20,880 nucleotides of DNA, taken from Candidatus Methanomethylicia archaeon (GTDB taxonomy: Archaea; Thermoproteota; Methanomethylicia; CALHIW01). The DNA lies in NCBI GenBank assembly GCA_038845975.1, contig JAWBQF010000039.1, forward strand, positions 1-20,880, given 5' to 3'. This document shows positions 1 to 8,176 of the stretch, in pieces (the stretch's first letter is position 1; every line of letters begins with the position of its first letter). A program made the position numbers and the translations under genes. The notes under the pieces are model-generated. The model had not been told where the DNA came from. It worked only from the letters and a program-made list of their open reading frames with translations, and made no database searches.

Positions 1-126
1 TTGTGGCTTAATATTCATTTCTCGTAATCTATATCATTAAATACTATGGTTATAGGAATGTTTATTAAGCTTTTCGTAATTTATGTAAACTTGAATTTGC
101 AAAATTTCGGAATTAAGCCACAAAGC
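1..126. mobile_element. MITE-A copy 1 (about 128 bp; first 3 bp cut off by the window edge)
   Basis: Reverse complement of 16578-16702 with only 2 substitutions and 1 indel. Terminal inverted repeat (GCT)TTGTGGCTTAAT...ATTAAGCCACAAAGC; no coding capacity. Confidence 0.9.
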
Positions 127-163
127 ACTGTCCGGATAAAAGTTGGGCTGGGTAATTAATATT

Positions 164-838
164 ATGGAGATTCCAGTCCAGTTAATAGATTGGGCTAGGA
201 GCTTAAATATCTTTAAAGGAATAGAAAGCCGATTGAGCTGAAGGTGAAGGCTTTTCTACTATGGTTGATACTGAGCTCTTGTAGAAAGCTTCTAGGCTTC
301 TTGAGCTTTGGAGGGAATTTGCCAGTAATCTAAACGAGTGGTGCTTGAAGTTCAGGGCTATTTTGGAAGCTAAAGAATGGGGGAAGCCAAAGAAGCATTT
401 AACCATAGCTATAGATGAGAATTGCCTCAAGCTTAAGGGCGGGAAGTTTGGGTTTATGCTACCATAGATGTTGATACTAGGAGCCTGTAGAGATAAGGGC
501 TTATCCTGCTAGGAGCTCTTTAGCAACTAGGCTTTCCTTCAAAAGTCTTAATAAATGCCTAACAAGCCGAGGATAATAAGGGATAGGGAGTGTTGGCTTA
601 AGGAAGGGGTTGAGCAGCTAGGATTAGAGCAGGAGCATCAAAACATGGAGAAAACCTGGTGGAAAAGCTCTTGCCTACATAAGCATCGTACAGGCATATT
701 CCTCCATAACATCAACGTTAACTTAAGAAATACTTTTAGAAAGAGAGAGTGAACAAAGCCTAGCTTTAAGGCATCTAACAGCTTCTAAGAGCTTTTAAGC
801 TCTACTACGACTTTCTAGGCAGAGAAAACAAGAGATAA
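164..838 (+). pseudogene. IS6-family transposase pseudogene (multiple frameshifts)
   Basis: Fragments in shifting frames: RNRKPIELKVKAFLL, IAIDENCLKLKG, VWVYATIDVDT, NKPRIIRDRECWLK (the 555-752 ORF). These match the archaeal IS6 DDE pattern (IAVDET...AIDV...P.IIVDRG.W). Confidence 0.8.
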
Positions 839-913
839 CTTATTATCATATAATCATATTTAACATTAAATTTAAAAAAGCAAGAGATGACTAAAATATT
901 AAACTTTAAGATA

Positions 914-1022
914 GAAGTCATTGCAAAACTCTACTACTAAGGTTTAACTGTTTAATTCTACATGAGAATAGTATTGTAAAAGATTGTTAACATGTTTAAA
1001 TTTGGAGTTTTGCAATGAGTTC
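914..1022. mobile_element. MITE-B, 109 bp, nested in the IS6 remnant
   Basis: 18-bp terminal inverted repeat with 1 mismatch (GAAGTCATTGCAAAACTC 914-931 / GAGTTTTGCAATGAGTTC 1005-1022), flanked by ATA on both sides (911-913, 1023-1025). Confidence 0.65.
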
Positions 1023-1134
1023 ATAAGAATAGCAACAATACTTTAGGAAAAAACAAGAAAAGATTAAACTTATTCTCAACCTATATCTTATCCGGACAGA
1101 ACCGGCAAATTTAAGGAAATGTTTAAATTTCTTT

Positions 1135-1887
1135 ATGCTTAAGATACTTGGTGTTATAGTGCAGGTAACATTAGGGTTTGACCCTGCAACTCTAAAACTA
1201 ATGTATACTATGGCTATTATAGCAATTATTCTTTTACTAATACCTATTATCGTAAAGATTGTAAATTCATTTATTAGGAGGATTATTCCTTTTAGAGACC
1301 AGTCTTTAATGATAAAGATTCAACAGTATTCTAAGATTGTAGTTGTGTTAGCTATGCTGATGTTTGCTTTAAGCCAGCTTGGCTTAGAAACAACAATTCT
1401 TGCCGTTATTGTAGCATTAGCTGCCTTCTCAATTATTCTTGCATTTAGAGATATTATCCTTAATTTAGGAGGTGAATACTATATTAAAACATATCAACCA
1501 TTTAAGATCGGTGATTTAGTCGACATAGGTGGGTGTAAGGGTAGAGTTGTCGATATAGGCTCGCTTGCTACTACTATTGAAACCACAGAGAATGAACGTG
1601 TAGTTATTCCTAACTCATTTATTGCACGTAACTACGTGATTAACAAGAGACCGTGTTTTTTAAGTATTCCAATAAGTGTGGATAATAATAAATCTATTAA
1701 TGACCTAATTAAACTACAAGAAGAGCTTGCAAACAAGCTTCAGAAACACCTTACTGATAAACCCATATTAGAAATCAATGGTAAAACATGCAACATAAAT
1801 TTAAAATTTAAGGAAAATGCAGACTTAAACCTTGCTAAAAACATCATTAATGAAATAACTAAACCATACTTGGCTCCAACTACTTAG
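1135..1887 (+). CDS. mscS: Small-conductance mechanosensitive channel (MscS family)
   Basis: Three N-terminal hydrophobic helices, then PFKIGDLVDIGGCKGRVVDIGSLATTIET..VVIPNS (MscS signature). Start may be GTG 1159 (GGTG upstream; TTTAAA at 1122-1127). Confidence 0.9.
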   Translation: MLKILGVIVQVTLGFDPATLKLMYTMAIIAIILLLIPIIVKIVNSFIRRIIPFRDQSLMIKIQQYSKIVVVLAMLMFALSQLGLETTILAVIVALAAFSIILAFRDIILNLGGEYYIKTYQPFKIGDLVDIGGCKGRVVDIGSLATTIETTENERVVIPNSFIARNYVINKRPCFLSIPISVDNNKSINDLIKLQEELANKLQKHLTDKPILEINGKTCNINLKFKENADLNLAKNIINEITKPYLAPTT

Positions 1888-2237
1888 AAATAATACTCCA
1901 CATAGCCTAGTACCGCTCAATATTCTCTGTAACTAAAACCAATATTCATATTTAACTAGTATCCACGGCATAGTGGCCTGCTAGCTATCCCTATTCTTAA
2001 TAGCCTCTGAGTAGGCTTAACTATTTAAGTCTTCCATGTTAAGCTTTACAAAGCTTTACATAGCTGTGATAAATAACATATTTCATATGTTTGTCGTTGA
2101 TTATAGGTGAACGGATATGTTTGCTAAGTATAGTTAAATTCCTCACATAACTAAATCATTTAGATAAGTGAGAGAAAGTCTAGTAACAATATTCCTAAAG
2201 TAGCACATAATATGTTTAAGAGTTTATAATTAGTTCA

Positions 2238-2947
2238 CGCTCTTTAATAAGATTTTGTGGTTGTTTTCTGATTTTTTCTATGGGTGTTCTTAGTCTTCAT
2301 TCTAGTGAGACTGTTTTAATCTGTTTAAGATTGTTAGATGGTTGATGGTGTTCGATGTCCTAGATGTGGTTCTAGTAGGGTTATGGAAACCATAGGGATG
2401 TCTTAAGAGATATTTTTGTAAGTCTTGTAGGAGGATATTTAATGATAAGACTGTTACGATATTCCACTATTCTAGACTTAGTCTTAGGAAATGGTTCATT
2501 CTCATACTATTCTAGGCTTACATAACTTATCTATGGTTTAAGCTGGTTTCCAGATAGATACTTCATGGCCGTCTTAAGGCTTTAAGGAAGCTTATGTTAG
2601 GGATTAGGAGTAAAGCTGATCATATTTAGTTTAATAAAGCTATTGAAGTTGATAAGCCATACGTTAATGCCGGATTGAAGAGTAGGAATGAAGTGGAGGA
2701 TTACATATCATCAAGTAATGTTGAGTCTGAAACTACTTTTAAGATCTTAAGTAGACGAGTTAAGGAGAGTTCAACGATACATACGGATAGCTTCAACTCG
2801 TACATGGAATTAAACGAGCTAGGATATATGCATGAATATATAAACCATTATCTCTAACCCATTCTGAAATGTCATGTAAATAATCATGAGAATAAAACAT
2901 CAATACTAAGACAATGACTAACAATCACAAAACCTTATTAAAGAGCA
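2238..2947 (+). mobile_element. IS1595-family (ISH4-type ends) element, internally deleted
   Basis: 27-bp inverted repeat with 2 mismatches (2239-2265 / 2920-2946). Left end CGCTCTT. Flanking direct repeat TAGTTCA (2231-2237, 2948-2954). Confidence 0.85.
2280..2920 (+). pseudogene. IS1595-family transposase pseudogene
   Basis: Zinc ribbon DGVRCPRCGS and YFCKSCRRIFNDKTVTIFHYSRLSLRKWF; IEVDKPYVNAGLK; STIHTDSFNSY; GYMHEYINH (2675-2857 ORF). Frameshifted and truncated. Confidence 0.85.
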
Positions 2948-3037
2948 TAGTTCAAATTAATTACCTAGCAGTTATAAATTCCTCTCTTTTCCATCTTCAA
3001 TTTCCCTATTATAGATATTAAGTAGTAGGGCTAAACT

Positions 3038-3217
3038 ATGATTAATTTCACCGGATTCAATCAAATCCCCAGTCAGTTGCAATCCGCTAAGAAGCTTCAC
3101 AGAACTATACAAACATGTCTAACTTTCCTACATGGGGGACTTAGGCTAGCCCCCGTTAAACCTGTGGGTCTTAAATTGCTAAGATCTACAGGGATGACAG
3201 TGCCGTTCTATAGGTGA
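3038..3217 (+). CDS. Putative 59-aa small ORF leading the pilus operon (below the ORF-track cutoff)
   Basis: ATG 3038 to TGA 3215-3217: MINFTGFNQIPSQLQSAKKLHRTIQTCLTFLHGGLRLAPVKPVGLKLLRSTGMTVPFYR. AT-rich TATA-like stretch at about 3007-3021. No recognisable motif. Confidence 0.3.
   Translation: MINFTGFNQIPSQLQSAKKLHRTIQTCLTFLHGGLRLAPVKPVGLKLLRSTGMTVPFYR
3132..3192 (+). promoter_or_regulatory. Two adjacent stem-loops upstream of pilin 1
   Basis: ATGGGGG(3132-3138)/CCCCCGT(3150-3156), and a 13-bp stem CCTGTGGGTCTTA(3161-3173)/TAAGATCTACAGG(3180-3192). The non-Watson-Crick pairs are G-U on the + strand. Confidence 0.45.
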
Positions 3218-3221
3218 TATT

Positions 3222-3692
3222 ATGGTTAAAAGCCTCATCAAGAATAGGAAAGCTATAAGCTACGGTATTATTGTTGCACTAATAACAATAGTAGCCATAG
3301 CTTCCTCCGCTTTAATTGCTGTATGGATTTTTGGTGCTGGAGCAGCGTCCACCAGGAAGGCTGCATTTGAAGTTGTAGGTATTCCACTAATCTCAAGCAC
3401 TACTAATACTCTTTCCTTAACTGTCAAGAATATAGGTGGAATAGACGCCTACATTATAAAGTTCATTATTGGAGGTCAAGAAGTTACTGGTGGTTGGAAT
3501 GTAGTGAGGGAAGGCGGCTTTTCATCCAATAACATTATTCCAAGAGCTACAAGCGTAACTATTAGTGTAGCAAACCTGCCAAATAATATTATAAATGTTC
3601 AGGGAACTAGTATTAAATGGGGTGATAGTGTTAATTGCCAACTTATAACCGATCAGGGTACTTTGCCCTTTACAGCTTATGTAACTGATTAG
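3222..3692 (+). CDS. Archaeal type IV pilin (probable major pilin) with class III signal peptide
   Basis: KNRKA|ISYGIIVALITIVAIASSALIAVW: basic leader, cleavage after Ala, hydrophobic helix. Also LTVKNIGG and C-terminal LITDQG. SD-like AGGTGA at 3212-3217. Confidence 0.85.
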   Translation: MVKSLIKNRKAISYGIIVALITIVAIASSALIAVWIFGAGAASTRKAAFEVVGIPLISSTTNTLSLTVKNIGGIDAYIIKFIIGGQEVTGGWNVVREGGFSSNNIIPRATSVTISVANLPNNIINVQGTSIKWGDSVNCQLITDQGTLPFTAYVTD

Positions 3693-3701
3693 GTGTACTC
3701 T

Positions 3702-4133
3702 ATGAAAATACTGAAATCTAGAAGAGCTATAAGCTATGGGATTGTTGTTGCATTAATAACTATTGTTGCATTAGCTTCAGCATCTGTTATTGCTGGATGG
3801 ATAGTAACTGTAGGTACAAGAGCTGGAAGGCAAGCTCTACTTAAAGTAACAGGTTCACCAGTAATACAGTTTGATGATGTTAGTAGCTATGTAATAGTAT
3901 CCATCACAAATATTGGAAATACGCCTGCTAGAGTTATTAGTTGCATGTATCGTGGTACTGCTGTTAATATAGATCAAGTATTATCTGGAGAGGTCTCAAT
4001 ACAGCCCGGCACCTCGGCAACATTCAGATTTCGATTTGCAGGTAATATTTGCCCAGTTATTGGCGACTCAAAGGAATTCACATTAGTAACTGATCAAGGA
4101 AACCTGGTTTTTACAGCTTATAGGCAAGGGTGA
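3702..4133 (+). CDS. Archaeal type IV pilin, paralog of the upstream pilin
   Basis: KSRRA|ISYGIVVALITIVALASASVIAGW; SITNIGN; LVTDQGNLVFTAY. ATG 3702 preferred over GTG 3693 because AGGTG lies upstream. Confidence 0.85.
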   Translation: MKILKSRRAISYGIVVALITIVALASASVIAGWIVTVGTRAGRQALLKVTGSPVIQFDDVSSYVIVSITNIGNTPARVISCMYRGTAVNIDQVLSGEVSIQPGTSATFRFRFAGNICPVIGDSKEFTLVTDQGNLVFTAYRQG

Positions 4134-4155
4134 TATCACTACTGGTGATTACCGG

Positions 4156-5772
4156 ATGAAGCTAAGTATTAAGAAGAAAAACGATAGTTCTTTAGAGCAA
4201 CTTATTAAAAAGCTTCGTAGCTCCAAGAAGAAAAGCTCTGAAAGTACATATAGAGTAGAGGGTATAGGTGAAGTTAAAGTTGTTTATCCCTCGCTTGAAG
4301 GTAAAAATATAATTGAGAAATACACAATTCCCAATAATCCAGTTGAAATATTTATTACTGATCAAGGTGAATATTTAGTATGTGATCCTCCGTTAAGTGA
4401 AGAACAACGTAAAAAACTTGTAAAATTCATGTCAGATCTTATTTATCTACTGCCTGATGATATAACGCTAAGCGATATTGAGAAAACCACAGGCATTCTA
4501 ACTGATGTTGAGACCTACCTGGTTACGAGAGAAGTTTTTGGGTGGAGTGTTCTCGATCCTCTTATAAGAGATCCTAGAGTTGAAGATGTAAATATTACTT
4601 CTGCATATGCACCTGTACTAGTTACTCATTCAACCTATGGAAACTTAACATCTAACATCTACTTCGACTCTGAAGAAGAGGTTTTAAGGCTTGCAGAAAA
4701 ACTAGTTCATAGATGTGGTAAAACAATTTCCTTCTACCACCCTTTATCCTCAATAAGAACTCCTGAAGGACATAGATTAACAGTAACCTATGGTAGGGAA
4801 GTATCTCATACTGGTACCTCAATAGTTGTAAGGAAGTTTCCTGAGTTTTCCTGGAGTATTACAATGCAGATGGTTAGGAACACCATTGATCCAGTCATAG
4901 CCGCCTACTTCATGATGCTTATAGAAAATAGGCTTGCATGTATAATTTATGGAGTTATGAGCTCCGGGAAGACTTCTATGGTTAATAGCTTATGTAATCT
5001 TATACCTGCTAATGCAAGAATAGGAACTATTGAGGATACCGCTGAGCTTCGATTAGCTCATCCATATTGGAAGCCTCTAGTAGTTAGGGAATCCTACACT
5101 GTGGATAAGAGAGGTGAGATCTCACAGTTTGATCTTGTTAAGCACTCATTAAGAATGAGTTTAGACTATATAGTTGTAGGTGAAGTTAGAGGTAGAGAAG
5201 GAATTGATTGGGCTCAGGCAGTATTAACAGGTCATGGAGGTATAACATCTTTTCATGCTGGAGGTCCTGAAGAAGTTATTCAACGTTTCACTTCACCACC
5301 TATATCCCTAAGTTTAGGTGGTTTAATGGGTGTTTACTCGATGGGACATATGATGAGGCTAGTGAAAGAGGAGAAGGATGGTAGAAGATCATTTGTAAGA
5401 AGGATGATTGAAGTTCATGATGTTAGTTTTTCATCTGATAGTTACGATATTAAGCTTTTTGCTAGATATGATCCATCTAGAGATACTTTTCTCCACATAT
5501 CTAACGATGAGGTTATTAAGCTTCACTCTATGAGGAGGATTATGGAGCTACGAGGCTGGGATGAAAGTAGATTGATAGAAGAGCTTCACTTAAGAGAGGC
5601 TTTCTTAACTTTTCTCAGGGATAAGGCTAAGATAGATGAAGCCTTTCTAGATTATCAAGTAGTTACAAGGGCCATATGGAAGTTCTACGAGGATCCATCA
5701 TACTTCCAATTGGAGAATAAGGTTCCACTTGGAAGAAAATATATGCAATCCATAATAGCTATAAAGCCTTGA
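4156..5772 (+). CDS. Type II/IV secretion ATPase (PilB/VirB11/ArlI superfamily), pilus assembly ATPase
   Basis: LDPLIRDPRVEDV; Walker A GVMSSGKTS; Asp box TIEDTAEL; Walker B YIVVGEVRG; His box GHGGITSFHA. Confidence 0.95.
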   Translation: MKLSIKKKNDSSLEQLIKKLRSSKKKSSESTYRVEGIGEVKVVYPSLEGKNIIEKYTIPNNPVEIFITDQGEYLVCDPPLSEEQRKKLVKFMSDLIYLLPDDITLSDIEKTTGILTDVETYLVTREVFGWSVLDPLIRDPRVEDVNITSAYAPVLVTHSTYGNLTSNIYFDSEEEVLRLAEKLVHRCGKTISFYHPLSSIRTPEGHRLTVTYGREVSHTGTSIVVRKFPEFSWSITMQMVRNTIDPVIAAYFMMLIENRLACIIYGVMSSGKTSMVNSLCNLIPANARIGTIEDTAELRLAHPYWKPLVVRESYTVDKRGEISQFDLVKHSLRMSLDYIVVGEVRGREGIDWAQAVLTGHGGITSFHAGGPEEVIQRFTSPPISLSLGGLMGVYSMGHMMRLVKEEKDGRRSFVRRMIEVHDVSFSSDSYDIKLFARYDPSRDTFLHISNDEVIKLHSMRRIMELRGWDESRLIEELHLREAFLTFLRDKAKIDEAFLDYQVVTRAIWKFYEDPSYFQLENKVPLGRKYMQSIIAIKP

Positions 5773-5785
5773 CTTAGGGATATGG

Positions 5786-8176
5786 ATGGCTAGAGATATT
5801 ATATATGCTATTGATGTAAGTGATTCAATGTGTAGTAGAGGCTTTAAAACGAAGTCTCGTCTAGACATGGTTAAGGAAGCTCTTATTAAACTCATATCTG
5901 ATAAATCCATATTTAATAGTGATGATAGATTAGCTATTATAGGCTTTCATGCTGAAGCATTATCATCTAAGATCAATCACCAAGTTATAATACCTCTAAC
6001 ACCTGTAAAGCTTATTGCTGCATCAGATATTAAGAGAATTAATAATTTGAAGGGTTATGGAAGAACAGCTTTAGGTGCAGGTTTAAGAAAGGCCTTTGAG
6101 ATTCTGTTAGAGAATGATATTGGTAACGAAAAACTTATTGTTTTAGTAACTGATGGTAGGAATAATTCAGGTGAACATCCATATGCTTCAATGCAGGATA
6201 TAGTTAAGCATAATGTTAAGGTTTACACTTTAGGTTTAGGCTCCGATTTTGATAAGACAGTTCTTAAGGTACTTGCTGATAAAACAGGAGGACTCCATGT
6301 TGGGATTAAAGATAAATGTTTTGAATATTTGTTACTACATCCCGATAAAGTATCTCTACATTTTAAGACTGAAAGCTCTTCTCTAAATAGTTGTAAGGTG
6401 GAAAATATATGTAGTTCCAAAGGAGTTTTAGTAAGGTATGTTCCAGCACCAATTAGAACTACTACTTCAAAATTTAAATTTCAAATACAGAATCTATCTC
6501 CAGTAAGGCTTTCAGATAAGATTTATCTAAGCGGTATGGGAATAACACCTAATAAGTGGAAGAAGTATATAGCGGCTTTGTTTGCTTTTTCAATTCTTCC
6601 ATCTATAGCCTATTTCATAGCATCATTTTGCTTAAGTCTAGATTTATTATCCGTGTTGATTCCATATCCATATGATTTATTGGCTGTTATAGGATTATCT
6701 ATATCTATCAGTCTTATTCTATACTATACTCCAGCGGTTAAAGCTAGTATTTTCCAGTCTAAGCTTAGAAGGGAGCTTCCATGGATTGCATCCTACTTTG
6801 TTAATAATGCTGCTATAGGTATACCTCCAACAGTAAGCTTAGAAAGAGTTATAGGTTTAGAGGAGGTATTTCCTGCTTTTGCTAGATTAGCTAGAATGGT
6901 TAGTAAAATCAGGATTTTGAAGGCTATGGATCCATTTTCAGCTATAGCCTGGCATGCAGATAAGTTTACAGATCCCGATCTAAGAGATTTCCTAATATCA
7001 ATGGCTTCAACACAAAGAAGTGGAGGAAACATCTACGTGGTTTTAAGAGAGAAGCTTCAAGCCTTATATGCTGAGATGAGAAGTTCCCTGGAGGTTTTAG
7101 GAGAGAAGTTTAATGCTGTTGCCTCATTTATCTTCATGATTTATGTTTTACTACCAATATTTATGCTGAGTATAGGTATTATACTTGGCGGTGTTAATGG
7201 ATCAATAATTCTCACATCCTTCTTCATATTAAATACGTTTTTCAGCTTTATATGTTGTCTTCTTGTAGATGCTCTAATTCCTAAAGAGCTTCTAGCAAAA
7301 CCCTCCTATAAGCCACTAGCTATACTACCATTAGGATTGATCCTTATTCCAGTTAAGCTAATTAATGATGTAAAAGTTACTCTGCTATTTGATAAACTAT
7401 ATTACTTCATAGCGTTAGCTATTATTGTAGGTCTTACTCTCCCATCTATTTATGCTTTAAAAACTAGAGGTAAACAGAAGAAAATTATTTATGCTATTCC
7501 ATCATTTCTTAGAGATGTTTCTGAAAGAGTTAAGAAAGGTGAATCTCCAGGATTAGCTATAAGATGGCTTTCATCAAATAGAAGCTATAATAAATGCTTT
7601 GATGAAGCTTTAAGAAGGATCTCAGCATTTATGCATAGTGGAGCTAGAATAGGAGAAGCAGCCAGACTGGTTGAAATTCCATGGGCTGCTAAAGTATCAT
7701 TTGAACTACTAGATACTACTGAGCAGACTGGAGCTGATCCCTCCCTAGTTGAATTCATAGTTGAAAGTATTAATCAGCTATTTACAGCTATGAGAATGCT
7801 AAAAGCTAGAGTACGTTTTTTTAAGCTTATAGTATATCTTAGTGTATGTATGATTACTTTTACTGTTGCCCTATCAAGTATTGTAATGAATATTCTATCT
7901 CTTACCTATCAGCAGGCCGGTGGATTAGCTGGCCAAATGATTGGAGTTTTAACGCTTCCAAAAGCTGAGGATGTTGAATATATTACAACAATGGCTTCGG
8001 TAGGAGCTATGTATACTGCAGTGTTACTTGGACTTATAGGCGGTAAGGGAAGTGATGGAGGTTCATTAATTGATGGTTTACCCCATGCATTAATCTGTAC
8101 AGTTCTTACAGTATTTCTTCTCTATATTATGGTTGATACTGGTTTACTCTACTCTATACTTGGGGTTAGTCTATGA
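5786..8176 (+). CDS. vWA domain fused to a TadC/ArlJ-like (two T2SSF-type domains) pilus membrane platform protein
   Basis: Residues about 1-185: IDVSDSM, GRTALG, VLVTDG (MIDAS D-x-S-x-S, T, D). C-terminal about 540 aa: multiple TM helices, LRRELP..LRDFLISMASTQRSGGNI and IPSFLRDVSERVKKGESP..EQTGAD (two T2SSF-like units). Confidence 0.88.
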   Translation: MARDIIYAIDVSDSMCSRGFKTKSRLDMVKEALIKLISDKSIFNSDDRLAIIGFHAEALSSKINHQVIIPLTPVKLIAASDIKRINNLKGYGRTALGAGLRKAFEILLENDIGNEKLIVLVTDGRNNSGEHPYASMQDIVKHNVKVYTLGLGSDFDKTVLKVLADKTGGLHVGIKDKCFEYLLLHPDKVSLHFKTESSSLNSCKVENICSSKGVLVRYVPAPIRTTTSKFKFQIQNLSPVRLSDKIYLSGMGITPNKWKKYIAALFAFSILPSIAYFIASFCLSLDLLSVLIPYPYDLLAVIGLSISISLILYYTPAVKASIFQSKLRRELPWIASYFVNNAAIGIPPTVSLERVIGLEEVFPAFARLARMVSKIRILKAMDPFSAIAWHADKFTDPDLRDFLISMASTQRSGGNIYVVLREKLQALYAEMRSSLEVLGEKFNAVASFIFMIYVLLPIFMLSIGIILGGVNGSIILTSFFILNTFFSFICCLLVDALIPKELLAKPSYKPLAILPLGLILIPVKLINDVKVTLLFDKLYYFIALAIIVGLTLPSIYALKTRGKQKKIIYAIPSFLRDVSERVKKGESPGLAIRWLSSNRSYNKCFDEALRRISAFMHSGARIGEAARLVEIPWAAKVSFELLDTTEQTGADPSLVEFIVESINQLFTAMRMLKARVRFFKLIVYLSVCMITFTVALSSIVMNILSLTYQQAGGLAGQMIGVLTLPKAEDVEYITTMASVGAMYTAVLLGLIGGKGSDGGSLIDGLPHALICTVLTVFLLYIMVDTGLLYSILGVSL

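Larger units (their letters stand above)
124..1103 (+). mobile_element. IS6-family insertion sequence remnant
   Basis: Inverted repeat CTGTCCGGATAA (128-139) / TTATCCGGACAG (1088-1099). The right end reads GGTTCTGT... on the - strand, an IS6-type terminus. Encloses transposase fragments. Confidence 0.8.

Noticed and set aside
203-430. 75-aa - strand ORF
   Set aside because: Antisense shadow of the IS6 transposase pseudogene.
2041-2060. AAGCTTTACA x2 tandem duplication
   Set aside because: A single 10-bp duplication; not an array, and no function can be inferred.
1890-2230. Possible further gene or IS remnant between mscS and the IS1595 element
   Set aside because: No recognisable motifs or terminal repeats in any frame I examined.
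3132-3205. Hairpins as H/ACA or C/D sRNA, or a known riboswitch
   Set aside because: GATGA/ACA occur at 3193-3199, but I could not see a pseudouridylation pocket, K-turn or riboswitch consensus.
5698-7032. - strand ORFs 5698-5910, 6223-6420 and 6793-7032
   Set aside because: Antisense to well-supported genes, with no motifs.
3222-8176. Archaellum interpretation of the locus
   Set aside because: No ArlH/ArlF/ArlG is recognisable and the pilins lack the archaellin G(I/L)GTLIVFIA-type N-terminus.
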